Below are positions 47,320 through 58,329 of a DNA stretch of 64,000 bases, piece after piece (positions within the stretch are counted from its first letter, which is position 1; every line of letters starts with the position of its first letter). The stretch comes from Euprymna scolopes. Lineage: Eukaryota. The translations under genes were made by a program, and so were the position numbers. Location: NCBI GenBank assembly GCA_053919585.1, contig CM132786.1; one strand, given 5' to 3'. The notes under the pieces are model-generated. The model had not been told where the DNA came from. It saw only the letters and a list, made by a program, of their open reading frames with translations, and searched no databases.

Positions 47320-48760
47320 GTGTTGGTATAGTTAGAGAAGCATGAGCAGGTAGGGAATTCCAAAGTCTAGCAGTCCAGAGGAAGAAGCTATTAGAATAAA
47401 AGCGTTCTGTTATCTAGAGACCTTTACAGCGAAGAGACAGAATTTTGCTATTAGACAGGTTTGTTATAGGTATGTACGGCGAAGAGGGAACAATGCTATT
47501 AGTGTGTCAGGGCATATTTCATTAAATTACTTGTAAAACAGGCACTGGGTTTCAACGTTGCGGTGATCGGACCGGGGTTGGAACTTGGTTAATAGCGCGG
47601 GACTGATTATATTAGAAACAGTTATATTGGGCAAAAATACTCCATACATGGGCGAATTATGGCTTTGTAGAAATACAGAATGCTTAGATGTGAGTAATTC
47701 TCTAGCACGGTAGAGGGAACCTACTTTCCTTGCAGAAGCCTCAATGTATTTGTCGCAGTTCATGTTGCCTGTAGATGTTAAGCCGAGCTATTTTAAAGGA
47801 TATTTTGAGCTCTTGGGTAATGTGTTATTCGTCGTAGCCATACGTGGTTGAGAATGGCTTCTTATAATTGTTGAACGATAACAGCTTAGTCTTTATAGCA
47901 TTAAATGTTATCATCAATTTACGACCCTATTTAACCACTAATTGAATGTTGTTTTCTAAGATTTCCTTCATTGTCGTAGATATAGATAAATTCGTTTTTT
48001 CTTCATCCCTATTTTAGAGCTTTCTATCATCATAAATATACTCATTCCAAGAACAATTTTACCAGGGAGGCCGTCTATTAATATAAGGAATAAAAAACGT
48101 CCAAGGATCAACCCCTGATGTATTATGTTTTTTTTATGTATGTCCATCAAGGACAACTAGAATTTTTCGTTATTCTAAGAATGATATAATTATATTTAGC
48201 ATTCATCCAGTAATGCCGTATGATTTGATTTTCATTAGACGCTCCTCATGGCATTCCAGGCCCAACGCTTTGGATATAACGAGGGATATCGCCATAGCTC
48301 ATCCTGCCTTATCAAAGTCATGGAATATATCGCCAGGTATGATGGTTAAAATGATGGCATATAGTGTTGTCTAAATCTATACTATCAGGGAGGTTTTGCT
48401 TTTACAAGGGGGTAGACTAGTGGTTGATTGATTAATGCCCTAAAGAGTTTAGGAAAGAGTGGAAGGATGCTAGCGAGACGCTAGAAGTCTTGTATACTAG
48501 TATCGGAGTTAATGTTCCAATGAGCTGAGCTTGGAGAGTACAGTGTCAAGCTCAGCGAAGCATTTAATTAGTATAGAAATCATGAGATCAGGCCCACATT
48601 ACTTGAAGGCGTCTTTTTTATGATGACGCGGGTAATACCAGATCATCAACGGTGACTTCTGTCTGACAATGAAAATTTGGAAAGGAATAGATTTTAGAGT
48701 TTAAAATAGAGTTGGAAGCTAATCACCTAGCAAAACGTTACTTTCATGGCAGTTGCTCGT
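47320..48760 (-). mobile_element. Decayed LINE reverse-transcriptase region
   Basis: Minus-strand remnants: GPD, AISL.ISKA, HQGLILGRFLFLILIDGLP (PQGS..GP.LF..IND motif), ARKVGSLYRAR, FQPRSDHRNV, SSFFPWTARLWNSLP. Confidence 0.8.
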
Positions 48761-48779
48761 CTGAGCTTTAATCTAGTTC

Positions 48780-48839
48780 TTTTTTTTACACGATGATCAC
48801 CACTTATCAAGGCTCGGAAGCCACTCAGGGATAAGGGTT
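48780..48839 (-). mobile_element. LINE 3' terminus with poly(A)
   Basis: Near-identical reverse complement of 707-769. Confidence 0.85.
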
Positions 48840-48844
48840 CTCCT

Positions 48845-49057
48845 TTTGCCACACCTTCTCAAAAAGCTACAACGATTATTAACAGTTTCTCACACTTTCT
48901 ATCTGTATCTTAATCTAAATGCTAATTCCATGAACAAAACTTCTTTCTTAGAACTGCCTGCTCGCGGAACTCCGTTCTGCTGGCCTGCTTTCCAGCTGAC
49001 TACAATATAGTCGTCGTCAACTCCAAATCAAACAAGGTCTTCCTGAACCTCTCTTAA
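48845..49057 (+). mobile_element. LINE ORF2 3' fragment in the opposite orientation
   Basis: TTCCATGAACAAAACTTCTTTCTTAGAACTGC..GGAACTC..GCCTGCTTTCCA..GACTACAA matches ~527-660. Confidence 0.75.
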
Positions 49058-49902
49058 ATAATCTATTTCTACCCCACTTCTATCACGAACTCTTAATACG
49101 CTCAGACTAGAAGGATTTCTCCTCCACTGACCGAGTGCAGAAAAAGTGAAGTGTGGTATCAGAATGCATTGACATGTTTCAACATATTTGTGAACGCGTA
49201 TAGATGCTATTACTAAAACCTCCTGCTACAAAATTACCCTGTCATCTGTCTGGTCAATGTCAACTTTGATAACCCCATTTTGCCAGTCATATTGGTGAAT
49301 TTTTTAAGCTAGCTAAGATCGTTCTTTTTCCATGTGTTACTTTTAATATTGTGCTATATAAGATTTTTTTTTGTTTTATCAGTCGATTGGTCATCTCAAT
49401 TCCAATTCTGAAAGCAACTACGGGCTCTCTTGATGTTAGATATTGACCGAGTACATCCACTAGTATATAATCAAGTTCGTTAATACATATACACACATTG
49501 AACTTCTGAAGTGTTAGTGGAGGGCCACTTGATGATCCAGAGTTTAAAATTTCGTGGGTTATAGGAATGCACTATAAATGATTAGATGTCATATGACAGA
49601 AAGAGAGGATGATAAAAAAGAAAGTTCGTTCGGAATTACCGAAGATATTTAATGCGTTTAAAGACATGGGTCGAAAAAATATTACTAATTTATGATTTAA
49701 GTGTCTCCTTATATGTCTCTGTATCTTCTTCCCATTAGTCAGTTATTCAAACAAAGATCAACTTAAATAAATGATACCTGTCTTGTATCTGTTTTGTATC
49801 TTTAAGATTCTTCTTTAAGATTTGAGTAAGAAACTTTAATTACAGGAGTGGCAATCTTTTTAGTTTGGGTGTGTAAAAGAAGAATAACTAGCAACCTATG
49901 TA

Positions 49903-50780
49903 GAGGGTGGAACGATATAATTGTCTCCTTAGAAAAGACGACATTCGATTTCCGTTTGATGAGAATTTGTTTTCTTTTTTATTGTTGCAGACAATCTACT
50001 AATTTGCCAGTTGTGTACACATCCCAAGAGCGATTGGAGCCTTCTATCATGTTGTAAAGTTACACAATGTTCAACGAGCAAGATCGGAGAGGTGCCACTA
50101 TACAACTCATGCTTTCAACCGATCCTAATGGTCCAGGACCATTGCCAGCACCCTCAAAATGCAAGTCCGGGCTGTTCATCGCTTAATGGAGTTTCCGGCC
50201 ACGGTTTTGGTCTTTGGTGTAATTTCAAGTGAGAGACACATCATGCTACCTCACATCTTCGAAGTCTGCCTGAAAGTCAACACCAAAGTGTACCTTGAGG
50301 TACTGAAGAGTATAGCAATCGCCTGATGCATTAAGTTTGCTGCTGGCAGACCCTGAGTATGGCAGCAGGACTCGGCGCCAACTGACAAGTTCAAAAAGAC
50401 CCAGGCTTGGCTTCAGAAGGAGTTCTCGACTTTGGATCTTTCTCTCACTACCCCTTTCCTCCCACGATCTGAACCCACTGGACTACTTCGTTTGGTCATA
50501 CGCCAAGAACATCACCAACATGACCTCCAGCAACACAAAAGCCAGCCTGATTGCGTCCACCTGCCGAGTATTCGCCGAACTCCCGCCGGCGCTTGTGGAA
50601 AAGGCATGTTCTTAGTTCCGGACCCGTATCGAGGCGGTTATTGATGCTGAAGACGGCTACATTGAATACATATTAGCTCTACTACGTAATCAAGTTACCT
50701 GAATTGATTATTTCAATAAAATATTTAAAATAAAGCTGTAGTATTATTTCTTTAAGCGACAAATTTATCGTTTCGATCTG
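49903..50780 (+). mobile_element. Internally deleted Tc1/mariner-superfamily transposon (DDxD, maT-like), decayed
   Basis: Imperfect TIRs (TA|GAGGGTGGAACGATATAATTGTC vs GACAAATTTATCGTTTCGATCTG|TA); transposase remnants VWQQDSAP, SHDLNPLDYFVWS, ACS*FRTRIEAVIDAEDGYIE. Confidence 0.8.
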
Positions 50781-51169
50781 TATGAATAATTATTTTAATG
50801 TTTTTGCAGTAATTACGGCAACTTGATTAACATATGTATGGCAAAGGATGAGAACGCAACTTGGGCAAGCAAGCAATTATAAATTAGGGTTGCGGATCCG
50901 CGAAATGATGATAAAACATGATATTACTTTGTGATCGCATATCTTATATTAACTACAATCTCTTATAAAAAGAAAGCCATACAGTAAGATCGAAATAAAA
51001 AGCAGTAATTCCTAACTAAAAAAAGGCAAGAAAAATCTAAATGATCAATAGAACTCCAGGCAGAGAAACAACTTTTACAGTATTATAGTGGGCAATCTAG
51101 ACGCTTAATTATAGACTTTTAAATCTTGTAAGAGTTAGTGAATGGTGCCTCCAATAAATTAAGTGGACT

Positions 51170-51171
<2 letters not shown>

Positions 51172-51213
<42 letters not shown>
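51172..51213 (+). repeat. Pure poly(A)42 tract, probably a retroposon tail
   Basis: 42 consecutive A, with AATAAA ~17 nt upstream. Confidence 0.75.
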
Positions 51214-51216
<3 letters not shown>

Positions 51217-51659
51217 ATTAAAGACATAGCAACTCAACATTTGAGTGAGATGGAATCGAAACGATTGCATGAATTATGCCTTGATTCGACGAAGCGTAAG
51301 TGTAAACCGGGTTTGATTGAATAAACATCAAAGGGAAGAAAAAGTTACAATTATCTGAACTTGTGCCCGAGCAGCCAAACTTGTCATCTTCAATAGACTA
51401 TTGCAATTAGCGCGTTCAGTTAGATTAAGGTTAGGTCATTGCTTTCGTTTAGTAGATCGGACAGGTTTACTTATGGCACATAATGATCGAGTACTTGGTC
51501 CTAAATTATAGGTGAGCTTATCCCACTGAAAAACGGCGATTTGAAAGTGGAGAAGAAAAAATAATAATGAATAGCGAGAAAGCCGTCGGTGGTCAGTGAT
51601 AATATTTTTATACTACTAAGTCCCCACATATTAAGGCCAAAAGCGACTCGAGTATGTGT

Positions 51660-51888
51660 TCATGAGAATGTTTTTACGGTTGTTGTTGTGATGATTTTGT
51701 TGGCATTGGTTCCCCTGATATATTTATATCATGAATTCTTTCGAGAAGAATATCGGGTATAAGGAGGGAGGCCACATAACGCTTACCAACGTCCCGAAGT
51801 GAAAGTGTTTTTGTGGAACGAATTGGATTCGACCTTGGAATGCACGGGTTGTCGGTCTGTGTCGTTAACCACCTAGCCACCGTCACCT
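51660..51888 (-). mobile_element. tRNA-derived SINE (degenerate)
   Basis: Minus strand GGTGGCTAGGTGGTTAA (A box) ... GGTCGAATCC (B box) with tRNA-like spacing; no complete cloverleaf; 3' extent uncertain. Confidence 0.5.
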
Positions 51889-52149
51889 TCCTAATGAGAA
51901 TGCATACCAAGATAATGAAACAACACCGCGCAGGGATTGAAAATGATAAAAAGAATGAAAATGTAATTAGAATTTTGCTACCAGACCGGTTTGTTATGAG
52001 TAAGGCTGTATCAAGAGCATATTCTTCTCATTCTTTTGACTCTCTAGTATATATCCAACACAGTAAGACACAGTCAATCAACCAAGAACCACACCAGTCT
52101 ATATAAAAACAGATATATACTCAAAAGTCAACACGATGAAAAAAATATG

Positions 52150-52314
52150 CTGTTGTCACAGCCCTAGTTATGAGTATGTACGGCAAAGAGGAAATAATGC
52201 TATGAATTTGTCGGAGCACGTTCCATTAAAGTACTTGCAAAACCGTTACTGGGATGCAAGATTGTGGTGATGAGATGGGGTTGGGGTTTGGTTGATAGTG
52301 CTGAACTTATATTA
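52150..52314 (-). mobile_element. LINE fragment, downstream half of the element split by the Chapaev3 insertion
   Basis: Minus strand reads as decayed (L)QP(L)SHHHNLAS..KYFNGTCSDK; homologous to ~47500-47615. Confidence 0.65.
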
Positions 52315-54354
52315 CACTGGGCTGCATCAAAAATGCAATATCCATGACAATATCCTCTTCTAGACCAATTTTTCGTGCTGATCACGATGGTAGTAGTCAT
52401 TTTGCTCGTAAGGTTCTAGTTTATGTGTTACAGCGTCATATACTGCGTCGTATATTAATTGTTGCTTTTTTGTTGCAGATCAATTAAAGAATGGCACGGA
52501 CTTGCAAAAACCACCCCAACTCATTTTGCTACATCTGCGGAAATTACACACTTTCAAGACAGAAGCGCAAAATCACTTCTACAGTGAAACAACTCTATCG
52601 TTCCTACTTTGGCATCGAACTTGGACATCAGGATAAACCATGGGCGCCACACATTGCTTGTGTGAAGTGTTTCGCTGGTTTATGCCACTGGAATAAAGGA
52701 AACCGAAAATCAATGCCATTTGGAATACCAGTGGTTTGGCGGGAACCTACGAATCACCATGATGACTGCTATTTTTGTATGGTGAAACCACTGGGAAGGA
52801 ATGGTATAAGTTTGAAATACATTAAATACCCAAACATTCCGTCAGTTACGCAACCAGTACCACATAGTGATGTTGTTCCTGTGCCAAGACCTCCTGAGAT
52901 TTTAGAACGTACCAGTGCAAGTGTCTCTACATGTGATGACAGTGAAAATCAGGATGTTTATGAAGATATCAGTGGGACCTCTGGGAAAAGCCCTCAGTTA
53001 TTTGAACAGAGTGAGCTAGATGACCTTGTACGAGATCTTGGTCTGTCAAAAGAATCTGCACAGTTGTTAGGTTCAAGGTTAAAAGAGAAAAATCTTTTGG
53101 CACGTAATACACACTTTGCACAGTATCGGCATCGAGAGCAGGAATTCGTGCAGTACTTTACCAAGTCCGATGACATGGTATATTGCCACGATGTTTCAGG
53201 TCTTGTAGAACACATGGGTAAAGAATACCATCGTGAAGAATGGAGGCTCTTTATAGATTCCTCCACCAGAAGTCTAAAAGCTGTGCTACTTTTTAATGGT
53301 AAAAACGTAGCATCATTGCCCATTGCTCATTCTGTTACCCTGAAAGAAACCTATGATACCATGTCATTTCTTCTTAACAACATACAATATCAAGATCACA
53401 ACTGGCTTCTCTGTGGTGACCTAAAAGTTCTGACCATTTTGTTAGGAATGCAGGGGGGCTATACAAAATACCCATGCTTTTTGTGCTTGTGGGACAGCCG
53501 TGCAGATTCCGTACATTACCGACAAAGGGAATGGCCAAAACGGACGGAATTTGTTCCTGGCCGCCATAACGTCAAAACACTACCACTTGTACCACCAGAG
53601 AAGGTGCTTCTGCCTCCCCTTCACATAAAGCTGGGGTTGATGAAAAATTTTGTGAAATCACTTGCGAAAGATGGAGAAGGGTTTAAATACCTTTCCAATA
53701 AATTCCCTCTTGTCAGTGATGCTAAAGTACAAGCTGGCATATTTGTTGGACCACAGATTCGTGAACTTATGTCTGATACCGGATTTAATGAAGCAATGAC
53801 ACCTCGTGAAAGAAGAGCTTGGGAATGTTTTAAGTTAGTTGTGACAGGGTTTTTAGGAAACAGAAAATCTGATGACTACAAGGAACGGGTTGAGAATATG
53901 CTTCAAGCATACGAGACTGCTGGCACACGCACGAGCATCAAAATACATTTCCTGCACAGTCACCTTGACTACTTTCCTGCTAATTTGGGGGAATACAGTG
54001 AGGAACAGGGAGAGAGGTTCCATCAGGATATATCCGCTATCAAGGCAATTGGAGTGTGACCATGATGGCTGATTTCTGCTGGTCTCTTCAAAGAAGCTGG
54101 ACAACATCTCCTGCAAGGCCAGCACACAAGAGAATGTCGCGAAAGCGTGCATTTCAAGGGGAATAGCTGCTTTCTAACTTCAAATTGGATGCATTCTTTA
54201 CAATGAATCTGATAAATATGCCAACTGTTACAAAAAAAATGAGAACCTCCTTAAAAAAATGGGTATGCTTTATGCGTTTACTATGCGAAACTGCAATGAA
54301 AAATGTTAATAACATTTCTGTTGCAAATGTTTTTTTTCCAAATGCAGCCCAGTG
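52315..54354 (+). mobile_element. Complete Chapaev3-type DNA transposon (CMC superfamily), 2,040 bp
   Basis: 13-bp perfect TIR CACTGGGCTGCAT (52315-52327) / ATGCAGCCCAGTG (54342-54354); TTA duplicated on both sides; encloses the transposase ORF. Confidence 0.9.
52491..54059 (+). CDS. Chapaev3 DDE transposase (522 aa as read; a frameshift at ~54034 removes the native C-terminus, which ends at 54166)
   Basis: N-terminal Cys/His domain FCYICG..QDKPWAPHIACVKC..WREPTNHHDDCYFC; catalytic-type motifs RLFIDSS, CGDLK, YPCFLC, PPLHIKLG, KIHFLHSH, SEEQGERFHQD; downstream frame continues RYQGNWSVTMMADFCW. Confidence 0.88.
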   Translation: MARTCKNHPNSFCYICGNYTLSRQKRKITSTVKQLYRSYFGIELGHQDKPWAPHIACVKCFAGLCHWNKGNRKSMPFGIPVVWREPTNHHDDCYFCMVKPLGRNGISLKYIKYPNIPSVTQPVPHSDVVPVPRPPEILERTSASVSTCDDSENQDVYEDISGTSGKSPQLFEQSELDDLVRDLGLSKESAQLLGSRLKEKNLLARNTHFAQYRHREQEFVQYFTKSDDMVYCHDVSGLVEHMGKEYHREEWRLFIDSSTRSLKAVLLFNGKNVASLPIAHSVTLKETYDTMSFLLNNIQYQDHNWLLCGDLKVLTILLGMQGGYTKYPCFLCLWDSRADSVHYRQREWPKRTEFVPGRHNVKTLPLVPPEKVLLPPLHIKLGLMKNFVKSLAKDGEGFKYLSNKFPLVSDAKVQAGIFVGPQIRELMSDTGFNEAMTPRERRAWECFKLVVTGFLGNRKSDDYKERVENMLQAYETAGTRTSIKIHFLHSHLDYFPANLGEYSEEQGERFHQDISAIKAIGV

Positions 54355-54357
54355 TTA

Positions 54358-54916
54358 TTGGAGACTCTTTTTTGGACTTTATCTAAGAGGGAGAGAGAGA
54401 GAGAGAGACAAGTGGTTGATGTACCATCGCAGATGTGACAACAATACTCTATGCATGGAATACCTTATACATGAGGGAATTGTAGCATTGTAGAGATACA
54501 GAATGATCTCAGATGTGAGCAATTTTGTAGTATGGTAAAGGGAACCCTCTTTCCATGCAGTAGCCTCAATCTTTTACTGCAGTTTATATTGCTTGTAGAC
54601 GTTAAGCCGAGATATTTTAAATGATATTTTGAGCTCTGTCATTCGTCGTGACTATATGTGGTTGAGAAAGCTTCTTATAATTGTTGAATGAAAAAATCTA
54701 AGTCTTAATAGCATTAAATGTTATCATTCATTGACGGCCGTATTTAACTACTAATTAAATGTCGTTTTCTAATATTTCTTTCGCTGTCTTAGAGATAGAT
54801 TCGTTTTTCCTTCATGCCTAATTTTAGAGCTTTTTATCATGAGAAATATACTAATTCCAGATACAATGTCACCGGGGAGGCCGTTTATGAATATCAAGAA
54901 TAAAACGTTTCAAAGA
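54358..54916 (-). mobile_element. LINE RT fragment, upstream half of the element split by Chapaev3
   Basis: Minus strand PCIEYCCHICDG; 54590-54915 colinear with 47770-48105. Confidence 0.75.
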
Positions 54917-56211
54917 TTTGTTGACGATCCTGTTATAGTACGTTGGTAAGGTTCCACATGTGAAAATTCCTCGGGAAAAACAAGCAAAAAAAATGCTTTT
55001 CCAGGAAATTCAGCTTAGCTTAAAGTATATACAGAAAGAAGCTTTTTTTTTGCATCGGCAGCAGAAGGTGTGTTCTCACTGTGAATGATTTAAAGAACGG
55101 AGCCAGAAATCAGAGCTCAGTCGAGCACCCACAATGAAAATAACGATAGTGTATTGATAGAGTATTGATATAATAGCAATGATTATCCGAGAAAAAGTAA
55201 GGGAGACAAAAGATCATCCCCCGGGTTGTGAAGTCGATTTTGTAATCTGTCAGAGAAGGAAAGTATGCTCCTAGCAGAAACTCACCAGATATGGGACTAG
55301 TATGAGACCACATGGTCCCCCGCTTGACAACGATAGCCAACATAAACTTTGTGTACCGTTGGTTTCTTTGCTTTTATGTTCTCTTCTGATTCTCGCCTTT
55401 TCATCGTCTACCACGTATTGGCGGTTGTCGAGGAGGAACTCACGGGTTCACAAATATAAAAATAAAACAAAAACTCAAGAGATAAATTCGTTTAGTGTGC
55501 GGATGAGACCATCGACCCGTTAATTGCGAAAGACAAAATCTACATTCTGTCGTAGTCCGGTTCGTCAGGTGATGTTAGCTCATCCCGATCTTCCAAGGCA
55601 CTGCCGACCTGTTACAAGCTACGATTCGTTTTCGACTGTTCCAACTCGCAATTGTTATTAACTCTAAGTGTCGTAAACTGTCACAGCTCGAAGACTGCGA
55701 TAAAACCACCACAACCGTCGAAAAGACTCGTAAAACTCTTTTCTCAACATAAAAAAATAAATTTACTATTTTTTTGTCACACCATGATTAACTCTAACCC
55801 CGGTGAACAAATTTCTCTCCATTGTTCTACCAATAAAACCGATTTTTTATATCTTTGTTTACCCGATAAATATATATCCTCTTGACTTTTGTCATATTAA
55901 TTTTCTCCTTTTTTTTACATGAGGGCGGCCTGGGGACGAGGGCAACGCTAATAGTACCAATCCAATATTTAATCTTTATGGTATTTATTTGCTTCCCCAC
56001 GAGACCAAATTAGGCATGGGTCGTATTTTAATATGTAGAGGGGGGGAGAAGGGAAAGGGAACCAGCTACCCCGAGAGGAGGGGAGGGGGCTGGTAGTGAG
56101 AGCCTCTTTGTATATAGGGTTGCCCCTACATGGACCAAAAACTTATTGCCACAAGGGCAATGGTCTTTGATTGAAGCATCTGTATTTAATTTTTATCCTC
56201 ATTTGCTTTCC

Positions 56212-57019
56212 ACACGTAGTAATTGTTTACATATGTAGTAATTGTTTACATATGTAGTAATTGTTTGCACATGTAGTAATTATTTGCGTATGTAGTAATT
56301 GTTTTCACACATAGTAATTCTTGACACACTTAGTAATTGTTTACACACGCCTTAATTATTTACACAAGTAGTAATTGTTTACATATGCAGTTATTCTTTA
56401 AACATGTAGTAATTGTTTATACACGTAGTAATTGTTTACACACTTAGTAATTGTTTGCACATGTAATAATTATTTGCGTATGTAGTAATTGTTGACACAC
56501 GTAGTAATTGGTGACACACATAGTAATTGTTAACACACAGTAATTATTTACACATGTAGTAATTGTTTACATATGTAGTAATTATTTACGCACGTAGTAA
56601 TTATTTACACATGTTGTTATTGTTTACACACGTAGTAATTATTTACACACGTTGTAATTATTTACACACTTAGTAATTGTTTACACACGTAGTAATTGTT
56701 TACACATGTAATAATTGTTTACACATGTAGTAATTGTTTACACATGTAGTAATTTGTTTACACATGTAGTAATTGGTTACACATGTAGTAATTGGTTACA
56801 CACGTAGTAATTTGTTTACACACGTAGTAATTTGTTTACACATGTAGTAATTGGTTACACACGTAGTAATTTGTTTACACACGTAGTAATTTGTTTACAC
56901 ACTGAGTAATCTTTTATACACGTAGTAATTGTTTACACACTGAGTAATTGTTTACACACTGAATAATTGTTTACCAACGTATTAATTGTTTACACATGTG
57001 GTAATTGTTTACACATAGT
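56212..57019. repeat. 19-bp (occasionally 20-bp) minisatellite, consensus GTAGTAATTGTTTACACA[C/T], ~42 copies
   Basis: Visible 19-bp periodicity. Confidence 0.95.
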
Positions 57020-57108
57020 AGCATTGTGCTTTCTGCAGACGTAACATTAGACGTATTTCAGAGAATTTCCAACCCCCTGGAAAGAATATATGGGGAAGAA
57101 TGTACAAT

Positions 57109-57955
57109 TACGAAGGACACTCCAAAAGTAAGTCCCCCTATTTTTTATTTTGCCTAATGGCTGAAAGAAGATGCAAGTGGCATTATTATGATGACTGAAC
57201 TTATGCATTCATGATCTGAAAGTTTAATCTCTCCATATATTATTTTAATTGGGATTAATTATTGAGATGAGTATTATTAATTAATTTATTTATTACGGAC
57301 TATTATCTTCATCTTTATTTTTTTTTAGTTGTTGCTTCACGCCGTTTCTGTCAACAATTCCTCTGGCCTTCGTCAGGTGGTAACCGCGACGGGATAGAAA
57401 ATCCGAATCTCCTAACTGCATCCACAGCAATCACTGCTACCCACAGTTGTTGTCGTCTCACCACGTTTTGGCCAAGTAAGCCTCTGACCGGCGTCGGGTA
57501 GGATTGAAACCGTTATCTTCAGACATTTCTCATCTGGAACCATTATTAAAGTATTTACTAAAAGTAGCTCAGAAATCCAGTTGAGAGGAGGACGATTCTT
57601 TTATTGTTTTAATCATGTGTCGTTTTATAAAATATGCTGAAAGTGTTTACCGTTGATTTCTATGCATTTCTGGGCAAGTTTAACAAAGTTTGCAGATACT
57701 GCCTGTAGATGTCTCTCTTGCAGATATCAACGGTTCGAGACTCTAAGACAGCAATCCCTGTCATGGACGTTGGAATCAGAGAGGCATCATTAAATTCCTG
57801 GCAGAAGTACATTGATAATGGTTTTGATTATGTAGAAAAATAAATTCTAAAGCACAAAAGCTCGTTCAATTTAATGGTACCACTCATGTCTTTGTAGTTC
57901 TTCAACATTTTGAGTAAAAACAAGCGAGGTATTTACTTTAAGAACAACCCTTGTA
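57109..57955 (+). mobile_element. Decayed mariner element with nested insertions
   Basis: Termini TACGAAGGACACTCCAAAAGTAAG and TACTTTAAGAACAACCCTTGTA; C-terminal remnant WQKYIDNGFDYVEK* at ~57800-57843; interior holds unrelated repeats. Confidence 0.5.
57610..57740 (-). mobile_element. Tc1/mariner transposase fragment (same family as 60446-60900)
   Basis: TTTACCGTTGA..TCTATGCATTTCTGGGCA.GTTTAACAA.GTTTGCAGATACTGC.TGTAGAT matches 60538-60602. Confidence 0.75.
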
Positions 57956-58329
57956 TGACAAAGCGCGCTCCAGACGCACATGCACAGTGAGGGTTCGTCG
58001 CTGCCAAAACTGTGTTGAGAATTGTGGTGACTATGTAGAAATATAAATTCTGGAGCAGAAACGGTTGCTCGTTTTAATGGTACCAATCCTGTCTCTATTT
58101 CTTAAACCTTTTGAGTTATAAAAATAGGAGGTTTTACTGCTGAAATGACACTCGAACTTTGTACTGCAAATAAAAATATGCCTTAGAATAATAGAACATA
58201 AAATAAGAAGTGAAAATGGAGTTAGCTATGTTAAGCGTGTACAGGTGCAGCTTGCTGATTCAACGTGACGTCATATTCATATTCATATTCAGTCATATTG
58301 CTGATTCAACGCTGTCATATTCACAGCAA

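Noticed and set aside
51820-51888. Functional tRNA gene
   Set aside because: Only A and B boxes are recognisable; stems do not close into a cloverleaf.
52491-54059. Domesticated host gene or ProtoRAG
   Set aside because: Intact TIRs and TSD plus a frameshift indicate a transposon copy; no RAG2-like partner and no 12/23 RSS.
52994-54493. Overlapping ORFs 52994-53323(-), 53853-54152(-), 53872-54072(+), 54185-54493(+)
   Set aside because: Shadow frames of the transposase; the last crosses the TIR into LINE sequence; no recognisable motifs.
57320-57540. Penelope-like terminal repeat fragments (also ~63840-63900)
   Set aside because: Resemblance is by recollection only and no coding evidence is visible, so not called as a feature.
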